Assembly (NCBI GenBank): GCA_010093605.1
Contig: MU004191.1
Location: 1,348,816-1,412,815 of the forward strand
Reading direction: 5' to 3'
Length of the DNA stretch: 64,000 nt
From: Lophium mytilinum
Lineage: Eukaryota
Made by a program: the position numbers and the translations under genes. The notes below the pieces were generated by a model, which saw only the letters and a program-made list of their open reading frames with translations, had not been told where the DNA came from and made no database searches. Below are positions 49,475-61,761 of the stretch, one piece after another. Position 1 is the first letter of the stretch. Every line of letters starts with the position of its first letter.

Positions 49475-52400
49475 ATGTCTAAACGCCAGATCGAAGTGCA
49501 AGGCACGAAGGATGGCACCTCATTCCAAGGCGATGGATCTGCTTCCGCAAATGCTGAAGATGTCCCCAAGAGGGCGACAGCGGCGCAACTCGCGAACAGA
49601 AAGTAAGTAGAGGACCAACCGCGCAGGAAGACAGCATTACCCATCGTCGCACCTAGCTGGCCGTCGGTCGCGACTGTGTGGACAGGTGGCGCTCTGTTTC
49701 TTTGACTGCATAGAGATTCACTGGCAGCCGCGCCTGTCCACAATCCCTTGTCCTCAATGCCTTTATAAGCTTGCACCCGCTAATGCCTTCTTCACAGACT
49801 CCGAAGTATAAAGCAGCCACTCTCGCGCAAACAAACGTCTGGCTCGGTAAGTCATGCCTCCTCCCCCCCGGCACAAGCGCTTTCAGCGTGGTCCCCCTCG
49901 AAACCCTTCTTCCCTCAACTTCAACATTGATCGTCTCGTTGCTCAAGCACAAGCTCATACCTCTCAGCAGTCCCACAATCAAGGCGGCGTCTCACAACCA
50001 AACCCCTTCGCCCAGGCGCAACTAGGAACGCCCTCGTCGGCCTTCGGATCTCAACAACAAAATGCGCCTCAACAACCGAGTCCCTTCGGACTCCAACAAC
50101 CACAACAGCAGGATGGAGGCATTTTTGGGGGCGCAACAAGCAGCTTTCCTCCAGCACAATCTGCTACGCCTAGCTCATCATTCGTCAACTCATCCTTTCC
50201 AGCTTTCGGCGCGGGTGCGAACGCGAATGTAAACACAGGTTTCAGCTTCAACCCGACTCCTCCAACAGCGTCGGGTTTCAACTTCTCCGCCGGCGGGCCT
50301 AATCCGTTCGCTGCCACAAACACCGCCGATGCTCTGAAAACTCCTGTATCAGCCGGCTTCTCAGGATCCATATTTAATCTGGCTCCTCCGCAACCCGCCG
50401 CGACGCCAGCTAAAAACACCGCGACTCCGTCCAATGCCCAGGCATTAGCCGCGCCTTTCAGCTTTGGCGCGACCGGCGCATCAAGCGCTCCATCTCCTAG
50501 CATCTTTGGTCAAACTACTCAGACCCTTGGTACCAATGGAGCATCTTCCAGCATCTTCGGCACAAGCACTACCCCGAATACCAATATTTTCGGCCAAGGC
50601 AATGCGCCGACGACACCATTCTCCTCGAGCCTAGAGAAGGTGTCCAGCCCAGATGCGATGCAGACTTCACCTGATTACTCTCCCTCAAAGCCAACGTCCC
50701 CGGCCGCCACTACTTCGCAGCCTTTGGGCACGAGTCTGTTCGAGAGAATCACTCCTGCGGATCCGAAACCTCAAGATACACCAAGACAGTCTGTGGAAAC
50801 TCCGCCGGCAGAGCAGCCTAGTCAACCGCCGTTCGCCGGTTTTGGGCAGACACCTGCGGCTAACAAGGCGCCTATTGCTGGTAATCCTTTTGCAAATATT
50901 GCACGCACCCCTTCGCCGGCTAAAGAAGTCGCACCACCGCGGCCTGCCGAGGAATCGAAGCCTACAAACCCTTTCTCAAAGATGCATCCACTTGACAAGC
51001 CAGGTCAATCAAGTCCATCTCCAGCTCTAAGCCAGTCTTCCAATATCTTTGGACAACAACCAGCTTCCAATATCTTTGGACAAAAACCGGTTCCCACTCC
51101 ATCCGCGAGTATATCAAAATCCTCCGAGCCGGTTGCATCTCCATCCAAACAACCGCAACCACCATCCGCGGCCACTAAGACACCATCATTTGCGCCAAAT
51201 CCAACAGGTCCTCCTATATTAGGCTTGCCTTCGTCGTCCTTTGCTCCGCCTAAGAGCAGCCCCTTGAAGTTCTCTACTCCTGTCGATGTCACACCACCAT
51301 CGAGTAAACGTAGTGCTGTCATGGAACAGCTAACGATCTCGTCGACATCTACCGCAAATGTTTTTGGCAGCTCACAAGGACAACCGATGTTCAGTGCACC
51401 CCCATCTACCAATAAGTCGACCTCAGATGGAACAACTGACGCTGTCGGCTATGATCCTGTCACAGGCAAGGTCACCAGCCTGGACGTTCGCAAGGCTACT
51501 CTAGCTGATCTGGAAAAGGCCATAGGAGATGGCCCAGACCCGAACGCGGATGACCTCAGCAAGGAAATCTGGTGTCAGAGGGAAAAACTACGGATCTTGA
51601 ACCGTGGATTCAAAGATAGCATCAACCGTGCTGGTGCGTACGCGGACTTGACTAGGTACACGGTGTGGTACACAGAAGTAGGCCAGGAGATCTCCACACT
51701 CCTAGTGGCCGCAAGGAGAAAGAAGGCAGCGATAGACGAAGCCAATTCCGGCCCAATGAACCCATCGGTCAAGCGGAAAGCGGATCATAAAGGTGAAGGT
51801 CAGCAAGAAGGATCTGGCAGTGTCGCGAAGAAATCAAAGAGCGTGGAAAAGACCTCTGCCCCCCAAAAGACTGTTTCGCAAACGGCCCAGTCTCTCGAAG
51901 ATGTCCTGAGTGGTCGCTCTGCTGCGCCCTCACCGCGTCCTGCCTCCAATCCACCGTCTGTTTCAGAAACATCAAAGTCACTGGAGAATATTCTGAATGG
52001 TGGCTCTGCTGCGCCCTCACCACGCCCTGGCTTAACACAGCCGTCCAACTCTCCTTTTACGAGCACTCCTGCTGCCCCCGCCAACCTGTTTTCAGGGTCG
52101 GCTTCTACAGCTGCGGGATCTTCACGGTTATCTAACCAATCCGCAAACAACCGTGCAGACTTTGCTGCTTCTGCTCCTAAATTTCCCCCGGCGTCTACAT
52201 CCGGTGGTTCTAATCAGTCACCGTTCAATCCTTTCAACCCTCAAAATAAGTCGCCGGCGCCCAGTTTCTTCAGCTCTGAGGCAGCGTCTAATTCTTTCAC
52301 CCCGGTCTCCAAGAACCCAGTTTCCAATCCCTTTGACTCAGCTTCTACGACGTCCAAAGCGCCTCTAGCTAATCCATTTGGCTCTGTTTCCAAGGCGCCA

Positions 52401-54221
52401 GCCTCTAACCTCTTCAATCCTGCTCCCAGCTCAGCTCCCAAGGAACCAGTCGCGTCTAACGCTTTCACCTCTTCTTCTAAGGAGCCAACCTCTGACATCG
52501 GCTCATCGAATTCTCTCTTCCAGAAACCCACCAACGCGACCGAAACGCCAACACCCTCCTCCAAGCCGTCTACCACGTTCTCAGGGGGCAACCCCCCCGC
52601 GACGGCCCCACCTGCTTTCTCAGTGAAGCTCCTTCCGGCCGGTACCACCAACGGGATACAGATGCCCAAGTTCTCACTAGGCTCGGGAACTCCTAATTTC
52701 ATGCAGCAGTTCGCCAAGAATGCCCTGAGTGCCGAGGAGATTTTGGCGGAAGAGAAGAAGAAGGCGATGCGCGACCTGCCTGACCCAGACGATTCCGATT
52801 ACGAGGAAGAATTGGCAGAATTCGAGGAGAAGTGGGAAAAAGAGCAGAACGAGAAACGCGCTAAGAAAGCGGCGGCGTCTTCGACAGCCCCGGTTTTCCA
52901 ATTCACACCGAGCGGTTCGAACGCCTCGAGTGACTCTGAAGCCGCGCCCAAGGCTACATTCTCCTTGGCTAGGCCAAGCAGTGCTGCCTCGAGCAACGGA
53001 CTTTTTGTTTCACGCAACAATAGCCCAACGCCCTCGACGAATGGCGGTACATCAGTTTTTGATACGCCAGCTGCACAGTCTACCCCATTCGCGAACATCT
53101 TCGGCCATCTTTCCGGAGGTGAATCAGGCGCTGACGCTGCTGGTGAGGATGATGATGAAGAAGAGGAGACTGAGGGGTCTGATGACCAGGACCCGAACGA
53201 TTCCACCCCTGTTGTTGCTCAGCAGACTTCTACCAAGCGTAAAGAAGTCGACGAGCAATCCGAAGAGGACGTGCTCGAGGAGACTATGAGGCGGAAGCGC
53301 CAAGACCGAACTCCACAGGCCGAAAAACAAATCGAGAGCACGCAAGCACCTGTCCAATCGAAGGGCAAGAGCATATTTGATAGAATCAACCACGGCCCCG
53401 ACGGGCAACCAGAGAGGGAACTTCCTACTCCTGAAAGCGGGAAGGCGAATGGAGCGTCTGAGACCCCGAAGGCAACGATGTTCGGCAGCTCACTGTTCCA
53501 ACCAAACACATCACTGTCCGGCGATCAAACTTTCAACCGCGAAGGCCCGATCAAGTTTTCATCGACCGCGCCCGCTCCCTTTAGCTTCACGGCTACCAGC
53601 CCAGCAAATGGCAAGAATTTGTTCGCAAACTTGACGCCATCTACGCTAGCTCCCTCGAACGCCGCACCGGCACAATCACTCCTCGCCCCGCCCGGCACAG
53701 CGTTCGGTCTTCCTTCCGGATTCAACTCTCCATTCATGTCTCGCGCAGCAACCCCATTCTCGGCGGATGAAGCAAGTGGTAAGGAGTCGGGAGACGCCAG
53801 CGGAAAGACTCAGGATGAGGACAAGCTCACCGATGCCCAGCTTCAACTCACCGATCTCACCGAGACTGAGAAGCGAGAGAACGATGTCTTGTTCGAATGC
53901 GATAAGTCGAAGGCTTTGGAGCACGACAGAGGTTCCAAGAACCCTGGAGGCAGTTGGGAAAATAGGGGTTTGGGCCCAGTTCGCATCCTAAAGAACAAGC
54001 AGACGGGAGTCGTCAGCCTTCTTCAGCGTCAATCGCCTGGTGGCAGAATCGTGGTCAATGTGCGAATCTTACCTGGAATCCCCGCAACCGGCGCAGGGAA
54101 GAGCATCAAAGTGCCTGTTCCGTCGAGCGGCGATAGGCCAGCTACGTGGTGCTTCAGATTCGGGACCGAGGAGAGCGCGGCCGATTTCATGAAGACATGG
54201 AACGAGAACAAGCCATCTTAA
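49475..54221 (+). CDS. Nup2/Nup50-like nucleoporin with C-terminal RanBD1 domain
   Basis: N-terminal exon MSKRQ...PKRATAAQLANRK (Nup50/Nup2 importin-alpha-binding type), FG/FxF/NPF-rich body, C-terminal WENRGLGPVRILKNKQTG...LQRQSPGGRIVVN. 5' exon junctions are approximate. Confidence 0.8.
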
Positions 54222-54861
54222 GCATTCGGTGGCATGTCTTCGAGAACGATACTTGAGATTGGTCAGGTAGCCTGAGCGGCTCTAATCATCAGATTGCATC
54301 CATTATTTCTTTCTTGGGCGACCTCTTTTCTTGTAAATGGACTTTTCTGCAAAAGGTCTTTTCTTAATTCAAATTTTCGGCGGTTTGTTCTGCATGGGAG
54401 CCGGAGTTTTCGGGCATATGGTCCGCTAGGGATCCTCTTTGAAAAAAGGAATTGGCGATACACCTCTGTAACACTAGATTAATTTTCCTATACTGAATTT
54501 GACAGTTCATTCACTCAATCCCTCGGGAACACATGCGGTACAGCTATTGTACAAGTCACTAATCAATTCATGAGTTCTGTGTGCACAGGGTAGGGAGTTT
54601 CAATCTCAACGTCACTAACCTCCCGATCCCGCCCTTACTTGCCAACCTCCGCGAGGGGTGCGGAATGCACGCCACCTGTCCTTACCTCGACTTCAGCTCT
54701 GTGTATACTATCAACGCGCAGGCAAGCATGACTGACTGCAATTTGTCCGCTCCATCTCCTTCCTCACTCCTGGAACAACTATATACCTCTACCCTCGTCG
54801 GAGAATCGAGCACCAATACGCATATCAACGAAACAGAATCGACCCGCAGCCCCCACGGACG

Positions 54862-55413
54862 ATGCAGCTCACCAACTTCATCCGCAACCGGCAGTCCGCT
54901 CGCGCCGCGCTCGCCGCCTGTGCACTGGTTGTCCTCGTCTTCTTCCTTAACGAGCTGCGCTGTGTGCGGTATGGGTGTCTCAGAAGAACGGGTTTCACGG
55001 GCGGGTGGGGGCAGGAGGAGATGCAGAGTCAGAACGCGAGTCCTGGGAGTGAGGGAGTGATGGAGGGGAAGACGCTGGGGTGGACGGGTGGGGAGGATGC
55101 GGGGCCGTTTGGGGTTGGGGAAAAGGAGACGGAGAGCCAGGGGATTTCACAGCCGGCGGCGGTGGTGGTTGAAGGGGGGGCGGGCAGTGTGGGTGTGAAG
55201 GAGTGGCAGGCTCCAGCGCATGTGGATGGGAGCCAGATCGCGGGTGTGGGTGGAGGAGATGGGGGTGTGATTCATGGAGGTGGGCAGGGCGCTGGGGTGG
55301 AGGCTGGGGTGGTGCAGACGGGACATGTTGTTCAGAGTGGGGGGGCGCAGAATATGGGATTGGGATTGGGATTGGGATTGGGTATGGGTGTGGCTGGGTT
55401 AGATGGGACTTGA
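54862..55413 (+). CDS. Hypothetical small single-TM Gly-rich protein
   Basis: MQLTNFIRNRQSARAALAACALVVLVFFLNEL followed by a Gly/Glu-rich tail. Confidence 0.45.
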   Translation: MQLTNFIRNRQSARAALAACALVVLVFFLNELRCVRYGCLRRTGFTGGWGQEEMQSQNASPGSEGVMEGKTLGWTGGEDAGPFGVGEKETESQGISQPAAVVVEGGAGSVGVKEWQAPAHVDGSQIAGVGGGDGGVIHGGGQGAGVEAGVVQTGHVVQSGGAQNMGLGLGLGLGMGVAGLDGT

Positions 55414-55565
55414 GGCTTTTGGAAGGGTTCGATTGGATGATTGTTTGGTAATCCTGTCCATGGCTAGTCTGTAGAAAAAGAGCTATGTATACCTATCGGA
55501 TATAGCAAAGGCTAACCGCGATCCTACCGGGCCCTCCTCACAGCCGAGGGGTCCGTAGTGCCCGT

Positions 55566-56501
55566 TCATGCGAACTGAATGGGATGTGCCACGAAGTACT
55601 CTTCAAGAGTGGTGAGTTTCCCCCGAGCGTTCTCAACGGCCCAGGCTACCAATTGCTCCTCGCCTGGCCCATAGTAGCCCTGCTCCTCTTGGGCCAAGAA
55701 ACCCTCCGCGAAGATGTCCGCCATAAATGAAGGTATGGTCTTCTTGAAGTCGTCAACGGGAATCTGCTTGTAGATGATGGTCTTCCCGGTGGCCTTAGAC
55801 AAGTGAGCAGCTATTTCTTCCAAGCTGTACAGTTTCGTGGCGGCGCAGAACCTCTTGCCCTCGTACTTGTCGGGCTCGGCGAGGATGGCGCCAACGAAGT
55901 TGCCGGAGTTCCCGACCGCGTCGATCAAAGGCATCTTGGTCTTGGGAGAGTTGGGACGGGACATAACCCAGGCGCCATCCGGAGCCTCTTTTGGAGCTAG
56001 GAAGGTTTGAGACGCGAAGTTCTCCATGAACGATCCCGGGCAGTAGAACGCGCTCTTAATGGGAAGTGTTCGAATGTACTGCTCGATCTTTGCTTTGGCG
56101 TCGAACGGGGTGACCGCGGTGAACTTGCCGCTAGAGATCTCTGTCACTGATGGCAACGTGCTAAAGATGAGGTAGTCCACCCCTTTCTCGACCGCGACGT
56201 CGGCGATCGCCTTGCCACTGTTGTACTCGGTAGCTACCGCGTCCGGACCGATGGAAGGTGTTGTCATGGCGAAGACGGTGTGCACGCCGGTTAGGGCTGT
56301 TTCGAGGGAGGCCCGGTTGAGGACGTCCCCCTGAACGACTTCGACCTGCTCCTTGAGCTGCTTGGCCTTCTCTGAGTTGACATCGCGGGTGATGGCGCGG
56401 ATCTTGTACTTTTTGGAGAGCTCCGGGTCGCTCAGCACATACTTCAGGACTGATCCGCCCTGTTGGCCAGTGGCGCCGAAGATAGCAAGGGTTTTGGACA
56501 T
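55566..56501 (-). CDS. NmrA-like atypical SDR
   Basis: Intronless; AIFGATGQQGGSV, IRAITRD, FDAKAKIEQYIR, GSFMENF. Confidence 0.9.
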   Translation of the reverse strand: MSKTLAIFGATGQQGGSVLKYVLSDPELSKKYKIRAITRDVNSEKAKQLKEQVEVVQGDVLNRASLETALTGVHTVFAMTTPSIGPDAVATEYNSGKAIADVAVEKGVDYLIFSTLPSVTEISSGKFTAVTPFDAKAKIEQYIRTLPIKSAFYCPGSFMENFASQTFLAPKEAPDGAWVMSRPNSPKTKMPLIDAVGNSGNFVGAILAEPDKYEGKRFCAATKLYSLEEIAAHLSKATGKTIIYKQIPVDDFKKTIPSFMADIFAEGFLAQEEQGYYGPGEEQLVAWAVENARGKLTTLEEYFVAHPIQFA

Positions 56502-57392
56502 GTTTTAGGCTGATTAAAGGAGGTGAAGGGAGGTTGGTCTTGCGGCACTTGGGCTTTTTCTCAGAAGTTCTTCGAGTTTGATGTTTGATGATTTTCTGGA
56601 GGAAAGCAGGTATGCTCGATCCTATTATACATTTTGAGCGGACGAAAAGAATGCTATCCTATGGCTTTCGGAGAGTCTTTGTTGCCGAGCATTACGAAGA
56701 AAGGATAGAGTTTCACGGAGCTCCATGTTAAACGAGAAGAGTTCATGGGACTCCGAGAATTGTGTAGATGCGTGCGGCTGGCGAATCGTAAGCAAAGCAG
56801 CTACTCACGGGTCAAACAACATGGACTCAGCAGACGGCTGATGATGAATTTGTACCTGTAGGTCGTGATTCAATTTACCTTTACTTTTTAGATACTCACC
56901 TAGGAAGTACTCTAGATCTCACACTGGCCCAGAATGGCACCGCTTGAACCCCTGGCACGTCATCAAGAATTGAAAGACAACAAATACAAGAAGGCTGATA
57001 GCTCTTTGGGCCACCGTACACGCCAGACAGTGTTATAATAGTTTACCTTGTTTGATGAAGCCTAATATTCTATGGATACGGATTACGCGCATAGGGCCGC
57101 CCGTACAGAGATCTACGCCTATGTTCTGACTTCTACGCTGATAGGGCCGAAAAAGTGTAGGAAGCTGCCCGCTAGTTCTACTTCGTAATGGTGTTTATAG
57201 CGTGCTTGTAGCCGACCTCAACTCTTACGCCCATGTCTATCTGAACCGGAACAGTGAAGCGTTCGAAGAGACAATGCTTCTGCTTAAGCTCTTTGGCATG
57301 ATATTGAGTAGTCACGTGGATTTTCATTGGCCTGGGTGATTCACGCAGAAGTAGGTACGGGCGCGACCCGCGATCCTACCATGCCCACCAGA

Positions 57393-59014
57393 ATGATTAA
57401 GTCTATCTTTTTCACGCGCTTCCACCCGGAAAAAGGTGAATGCTCTGTCCATGCATCATACATATAAGAAGGTTACTGACCTAATACTAATCAAGGCTCA
57501 CGCGTTCTCCATCAAGTCCCCGAAGGCTCCATCACGCCCTCGGCGTCTCCCTCAGCGCTCAAACAGCCCCTCTTCCACTTCCCCTCCGTCTCCGACTATA
57601 TAATCCCACGGCAAGAATTCTGCGATCGCCTAGTCACAACCTGCACGAACCGCTACCGCGTCGTGGGATACCCGGTCTGCATCAAGGGCGAGGGAAAGTA
57701 CTATCGGAATGAGTTCATCTTCAACTTTGCGCTCGTGCTGGACGAGGATGCTGCGGATTGGGGAAGCTATGCAAGCGTGGTGAGAAAGTTAGGGAGGCTT
57801 CTCAGGGCACTAGAGGAACAAGGAGGCTTTCTGAGTCGAGAGGAAGATCTGAGAATGTTTGAGGACGACGAGGACGATGGACTGTCCTGGAAAGAGCTTG
57901 GACAGACAGAAAGTCAGACAGATGATGATGATGAAAGGGAAGATAGACATTTCAACACATGGAGATCTGAACCGTCTGGCAGTGGAGGAAAGGTGTATGC
58001 ACTCTGTGAGATGATTCTGGAGGATTTGAACAACTACTGCGAGTGCATGATACCGATAGGTACTACTCCTACGAATCCATTCATCAAAAGCACTCTCATC
58101 TAACTATCCGCTCCCAAGTAGACGACTCGAACACCATCAACCTCAAACTCTTCCCCACGCACCTCCCGCCCGCGCCCATCTTCGCCTGGCACGTCCCGCT
58201 CCTAACCATCGACCTCTCGTCCTTCTCCTCCACCACCATCTCCTCCGACCTCACCCTCACGCGCATCCTCCCCTACATCGACGGCACACGCTCCGTCTCC
58301 CACCTCTCCCAACTCGCCGACACCGACCTCAGCCTCACCCGCAAAGCCGTCCAGCACCTCGTCTACTACGGCTGCGTCATCCTCCTCGACATCTTCCACT
58401 TCAACGCCATCTACGCCCCCACCGCCGAGATCTACGACTTCATCACCGACCAGAGCCTACAGGAGGAGTGCGCGCGCTACGTACGCATCCCGCACATCAG
58501 CCTGGCGCACGGCGCGCGGGACGAGCGCAAGACGCTCGCCGCGCGGAACGTGCTAGCCGAGGACGGCGGGAACGAGGCGGCGGCTGTGGACGCGGACCGC
58601 TATCGCGTGCCGAAGGAGCATCTGGTGAAGCTGTATACGAGCCTGAAGCAGGGGCTCACGCTGCGCAACTGGGTGCTGGAGAACTTTGAGCTGCTGACGT
58701 GTGTGGATGTGCGGAGGTTCATCACGTTTGGGGTCATCAAGGGGTTCCTGTACCGCGTGCACAAGTACGCGATTGCGACGTCGTCGTCGGGCGTGGCAGG
58801 GTTTGAGGAGGAGAAGAGGCGGGAGGTGCTGATGAAGCCGCTGGAGGGGGAGGGAAGGGCGTATGGGTCGGATGCGAGTCGGGAGTTGCCGCTTGCGCGG
58901 TATTTGGATGGGTTGCATAGCTTTGATGAGATCTGCACGGAGCTGAGAATGAATGAGAGGGATGTTTTGGAGAGGGTGAAGGGGTTTGGGGAGGTGCAGA
59001 TAATACATCGATGA
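57393..59014 (+). CDS. NPR2: Nitrogen permease regulator 2 (SEACIT/GATOR1 subunit)
   Basis: MIKSIFFTRFHPEK|GSRVLHQVP, YIIPRQEFCDRLVT, YYRNEFIFNF, EDLNNYCECMIPI|DDSNTINLKLFP, DVRRFITFGVIKGFLYRVHKY. Confidence 0.93.
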
Positions 59015-60088
59015 AAGCGGATCTTGAAGGCATTTGCTCGGCTAACAATCAGTCGGAGTTTTGGTAGTTGTAAGACAGCTTGATCTTGAAGACAAGGTTC
59101 TCAACTTTTATGAGTGGGCCCGGAACACGCTGTATGATACGTGAGAAGTCCGGAGAGTCTCAGATGTGAGTGGTAGAAGGTGCTTGACAATCAGAAGGGG
59201 AGCGCGAGAATCTTGGTATTCCACCCCCTAGGAATCCCATAGATGCATAGTAAGATCATGTCACTCATCATCTTGCCCGTGCTAAGTAAGTCGTCGTCGC
59301 GAAAAGCAACACCATCGATAGACATCTACACCCCTCGTATAAGTACACGCTACGTTCAATAGGGCATACACTGCCTGCGCGAGGGGAGGCGGCAGAGACC
59401 CAAAAAGGTCCCATCACAATGGCGTTGAAAGGAGTGGCCCTGGCGTGTTACAGAAGATAGAAAGCCGCCAGGACTAAGAGAACTCGCCAAGGAAACTATG
59501 AAGAGACAAGCATTTTGGGTGTGATAAGAATAGTACAGCAATGTAACATATGATGGTGGTAAAATCCGGGCGCGCTGCCGATGAAGGTCTCCGTACGATT
59601 TCTTTCCTTATACCCCCTCCTCTTGCGTACCAAAGGTCCCTTGAAGATTGTTTGCGCCTTTCAATGCAACGCCAGTTCCATTCTCTTTCTGAACGCGACG
59701 TGTCGGGCATATAATTAGTAGTATCGACGTCACTCTCATGTGTCGCAAGCATGATGGTGTCGATGCCTCTCGCCTGCCTTGCGAACCGTGCGGATAAATT
59801 GTGTTCCCCCAGACGCCTCTTGAATACCAATAGCTTTGAGCCTCCATCTCTTTAAACCCCATGGACGCCACATGATTGTACCACCAGAAAAGAAATCGCC
59901 GAGAGAAGTCGTGAGATAAGCCGTAAATTCGAATTAGTTTGTAAGGTTGAGCACGCTCCAGTACGTGGAGGTCCGAGAATTGGATTGAAGTCCCGTCATG
60001 ATAAACACAAGCATGCAGTCTGCTAGTAGACGAAAAGTTCCGAATATGTGGAGCAAGGAAGACCGAAATGAATGATGCAAAGGGAAAG

Positions 60089-61761
60089 CTATCCTGCTTG
60101 GTAAATACGACCAAGACCTGAAACCGAACCACGGTGGGACAGATTTGTGCCGTGCTCAAACGAGTCACGCCGCAAAGACTCCATGCTGGTTGCATGCTGC
60201 GGTTGAGATAGTGGCGAATATCGTTGTCCATTCACGAGTGTCCCTTCGGTTGCTGCGGCCTCCCCCAGAGAATTGCGCTTAGATGATTGCTCCACACCGA
60301 AGGTGTATAGATTGGGACAGGAGTCCTGGCGAGAAAGAGCCATTTCGCCAGAAGAGCAGACGGGAAGGGTCTGTTGGCGCATGAGCGAATAGCCTGAGCC
60401 CAAAGATGTTGCTGGCATCGTCGAGTCTGAAGACGAAGTACTGCTGTAGGACATCGAGGGCGCAGTGCTGATAGGAGATGGCTCGGGACTGTTTGTCTCT
60501 GCAACGTGATAACCAAACCCGGGCTCCGGAGCGGATACTGCGGACATGTATGTTTTCAAGGGGTTTGGTGAGGTCATGTCGCCAGAGGAAGAGCTCGCGA
60601 TTGAACTCGGGCGGCCGCTGGCTCTGCCACCTTCGGTGGACCAAGGCATAGCGGCTTTCGTGTAAGTACCATTCGAACTGACGGTGGTAGTAATGGTAGT
60701 ACCTTGAGCAGCTGGTAACAGTCGGGTCGGGATCTGGTCCACTAGCGCCGTGGGCAAAGACCGGGTCGTCTGCTGCGGAATTGGCAACTGTCGGTCAGTC
60801 AATGCGACCGGAAGAGTCGAGTTGAGTGATGTCATGTTCAATGGCGAAAAGCATTCAGTGGTAACTGCTGGTCGTATCGGGGTCGTGAGGTATGGAAGGC
60901 TGTTGCCCGCATAGGTAGTCGCAGGGTTGTCTTGATCGAGATATACGCCGGTGCCGTTAGGCATTGATTTATGGGGCATTTGGCTCCATCGGAGACTACT
61001 CTCTGGTGCGGTATATACAGAGCTCATAGGCCCTGGCCCCATCAGACAAGCACTGTTGGTAAGGCCGTAAGACTCTACAGGGGAGTCATCAGTGAAGGGG
61101 CTTGATGACCAGGGCTGGGAGTAAGCCGTCTTCGTATTGACGGAGGGATACTGGGTGCTAGGGTAGACTCGCTGGCATGTAGGAGAGCTAGCTGAGTATA
61201 TTGGAATCATTCCATTCTGATTGGAACATCCGGTCGTCATGCTGCTGAATTGGGCAGCGATGGGACCGGTCATGACGATGCATGCATCTCCAGATCCAAC
61301 CTGCTCGCCGGATTAGATAGCCATACATTTACGTACTAGAATCATCAGGGGACGAACTCGATTGAATTGACACTGGCTGATATCAGCACCAGAGCCCCTA
61401 CAGTTGTCGCATCCCAATCCATTTCCCGGATCGCCACTGCAACGAATCTTGCGTTTCCTGCAACGAGCGCACTGATGTTAGGTCAGCAACGGAGACCCTC
61501 TGGTTGTGAGTGAAACAACAGGCACTAAGAGTGTACCTCACTTACTGCTACAGCGATGCGGCGTCTAGGTTGTCCACCACCCTGTTCTCCTTCCAGATCC
61601 CTGACCGAAGAACCGCGATGCCGAGAAGTGACCGGATAGCCACGGAAATCGGGGCGCGTGGAGTTAGACAGGAAAGACGGAGCATTGCGGTCGCCAGAAG
61701 AAAGCCCGTACCGTTGCATGGCGAAATCGGGGTAACGCCGGACGGGCTCGTAGTCGTTCAT
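60089..61761 (-). CDS. Zn2Cys6 transcription factor with low-complexity C-terminus
   Basis: RRRIAVA|CARCRKRKIRCSGDPGNGLGCDNCRGSGADISQCQFNR|V joined to ORF 60089-61273. Confidence 0.85.

Noticed and set aside
7042..54221. Apparent cluster of nuclear-function genes (CTNNBL1, MZT1, H4-like, DIB1, SMT3, Nup2-like)
   Set aside because: They are interspersed with unrelated genes; ordinary core-genome neighbourhood with no evidence of co-regulation.
55356..55388. (GGGATT)n tract resembling a telomere repeat
   Set aside because: It is not TTAGGG on either strand; it is a short coding microsatellite (GLGLGL), at most a G4-capable motif.
55516..57380. 13-bp direct repeat ccgcgatcctacc flanking the NmrA gene
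   Set aside because: Many 13-mer matches are expected by chance in 64 kb, and the match does not extend.
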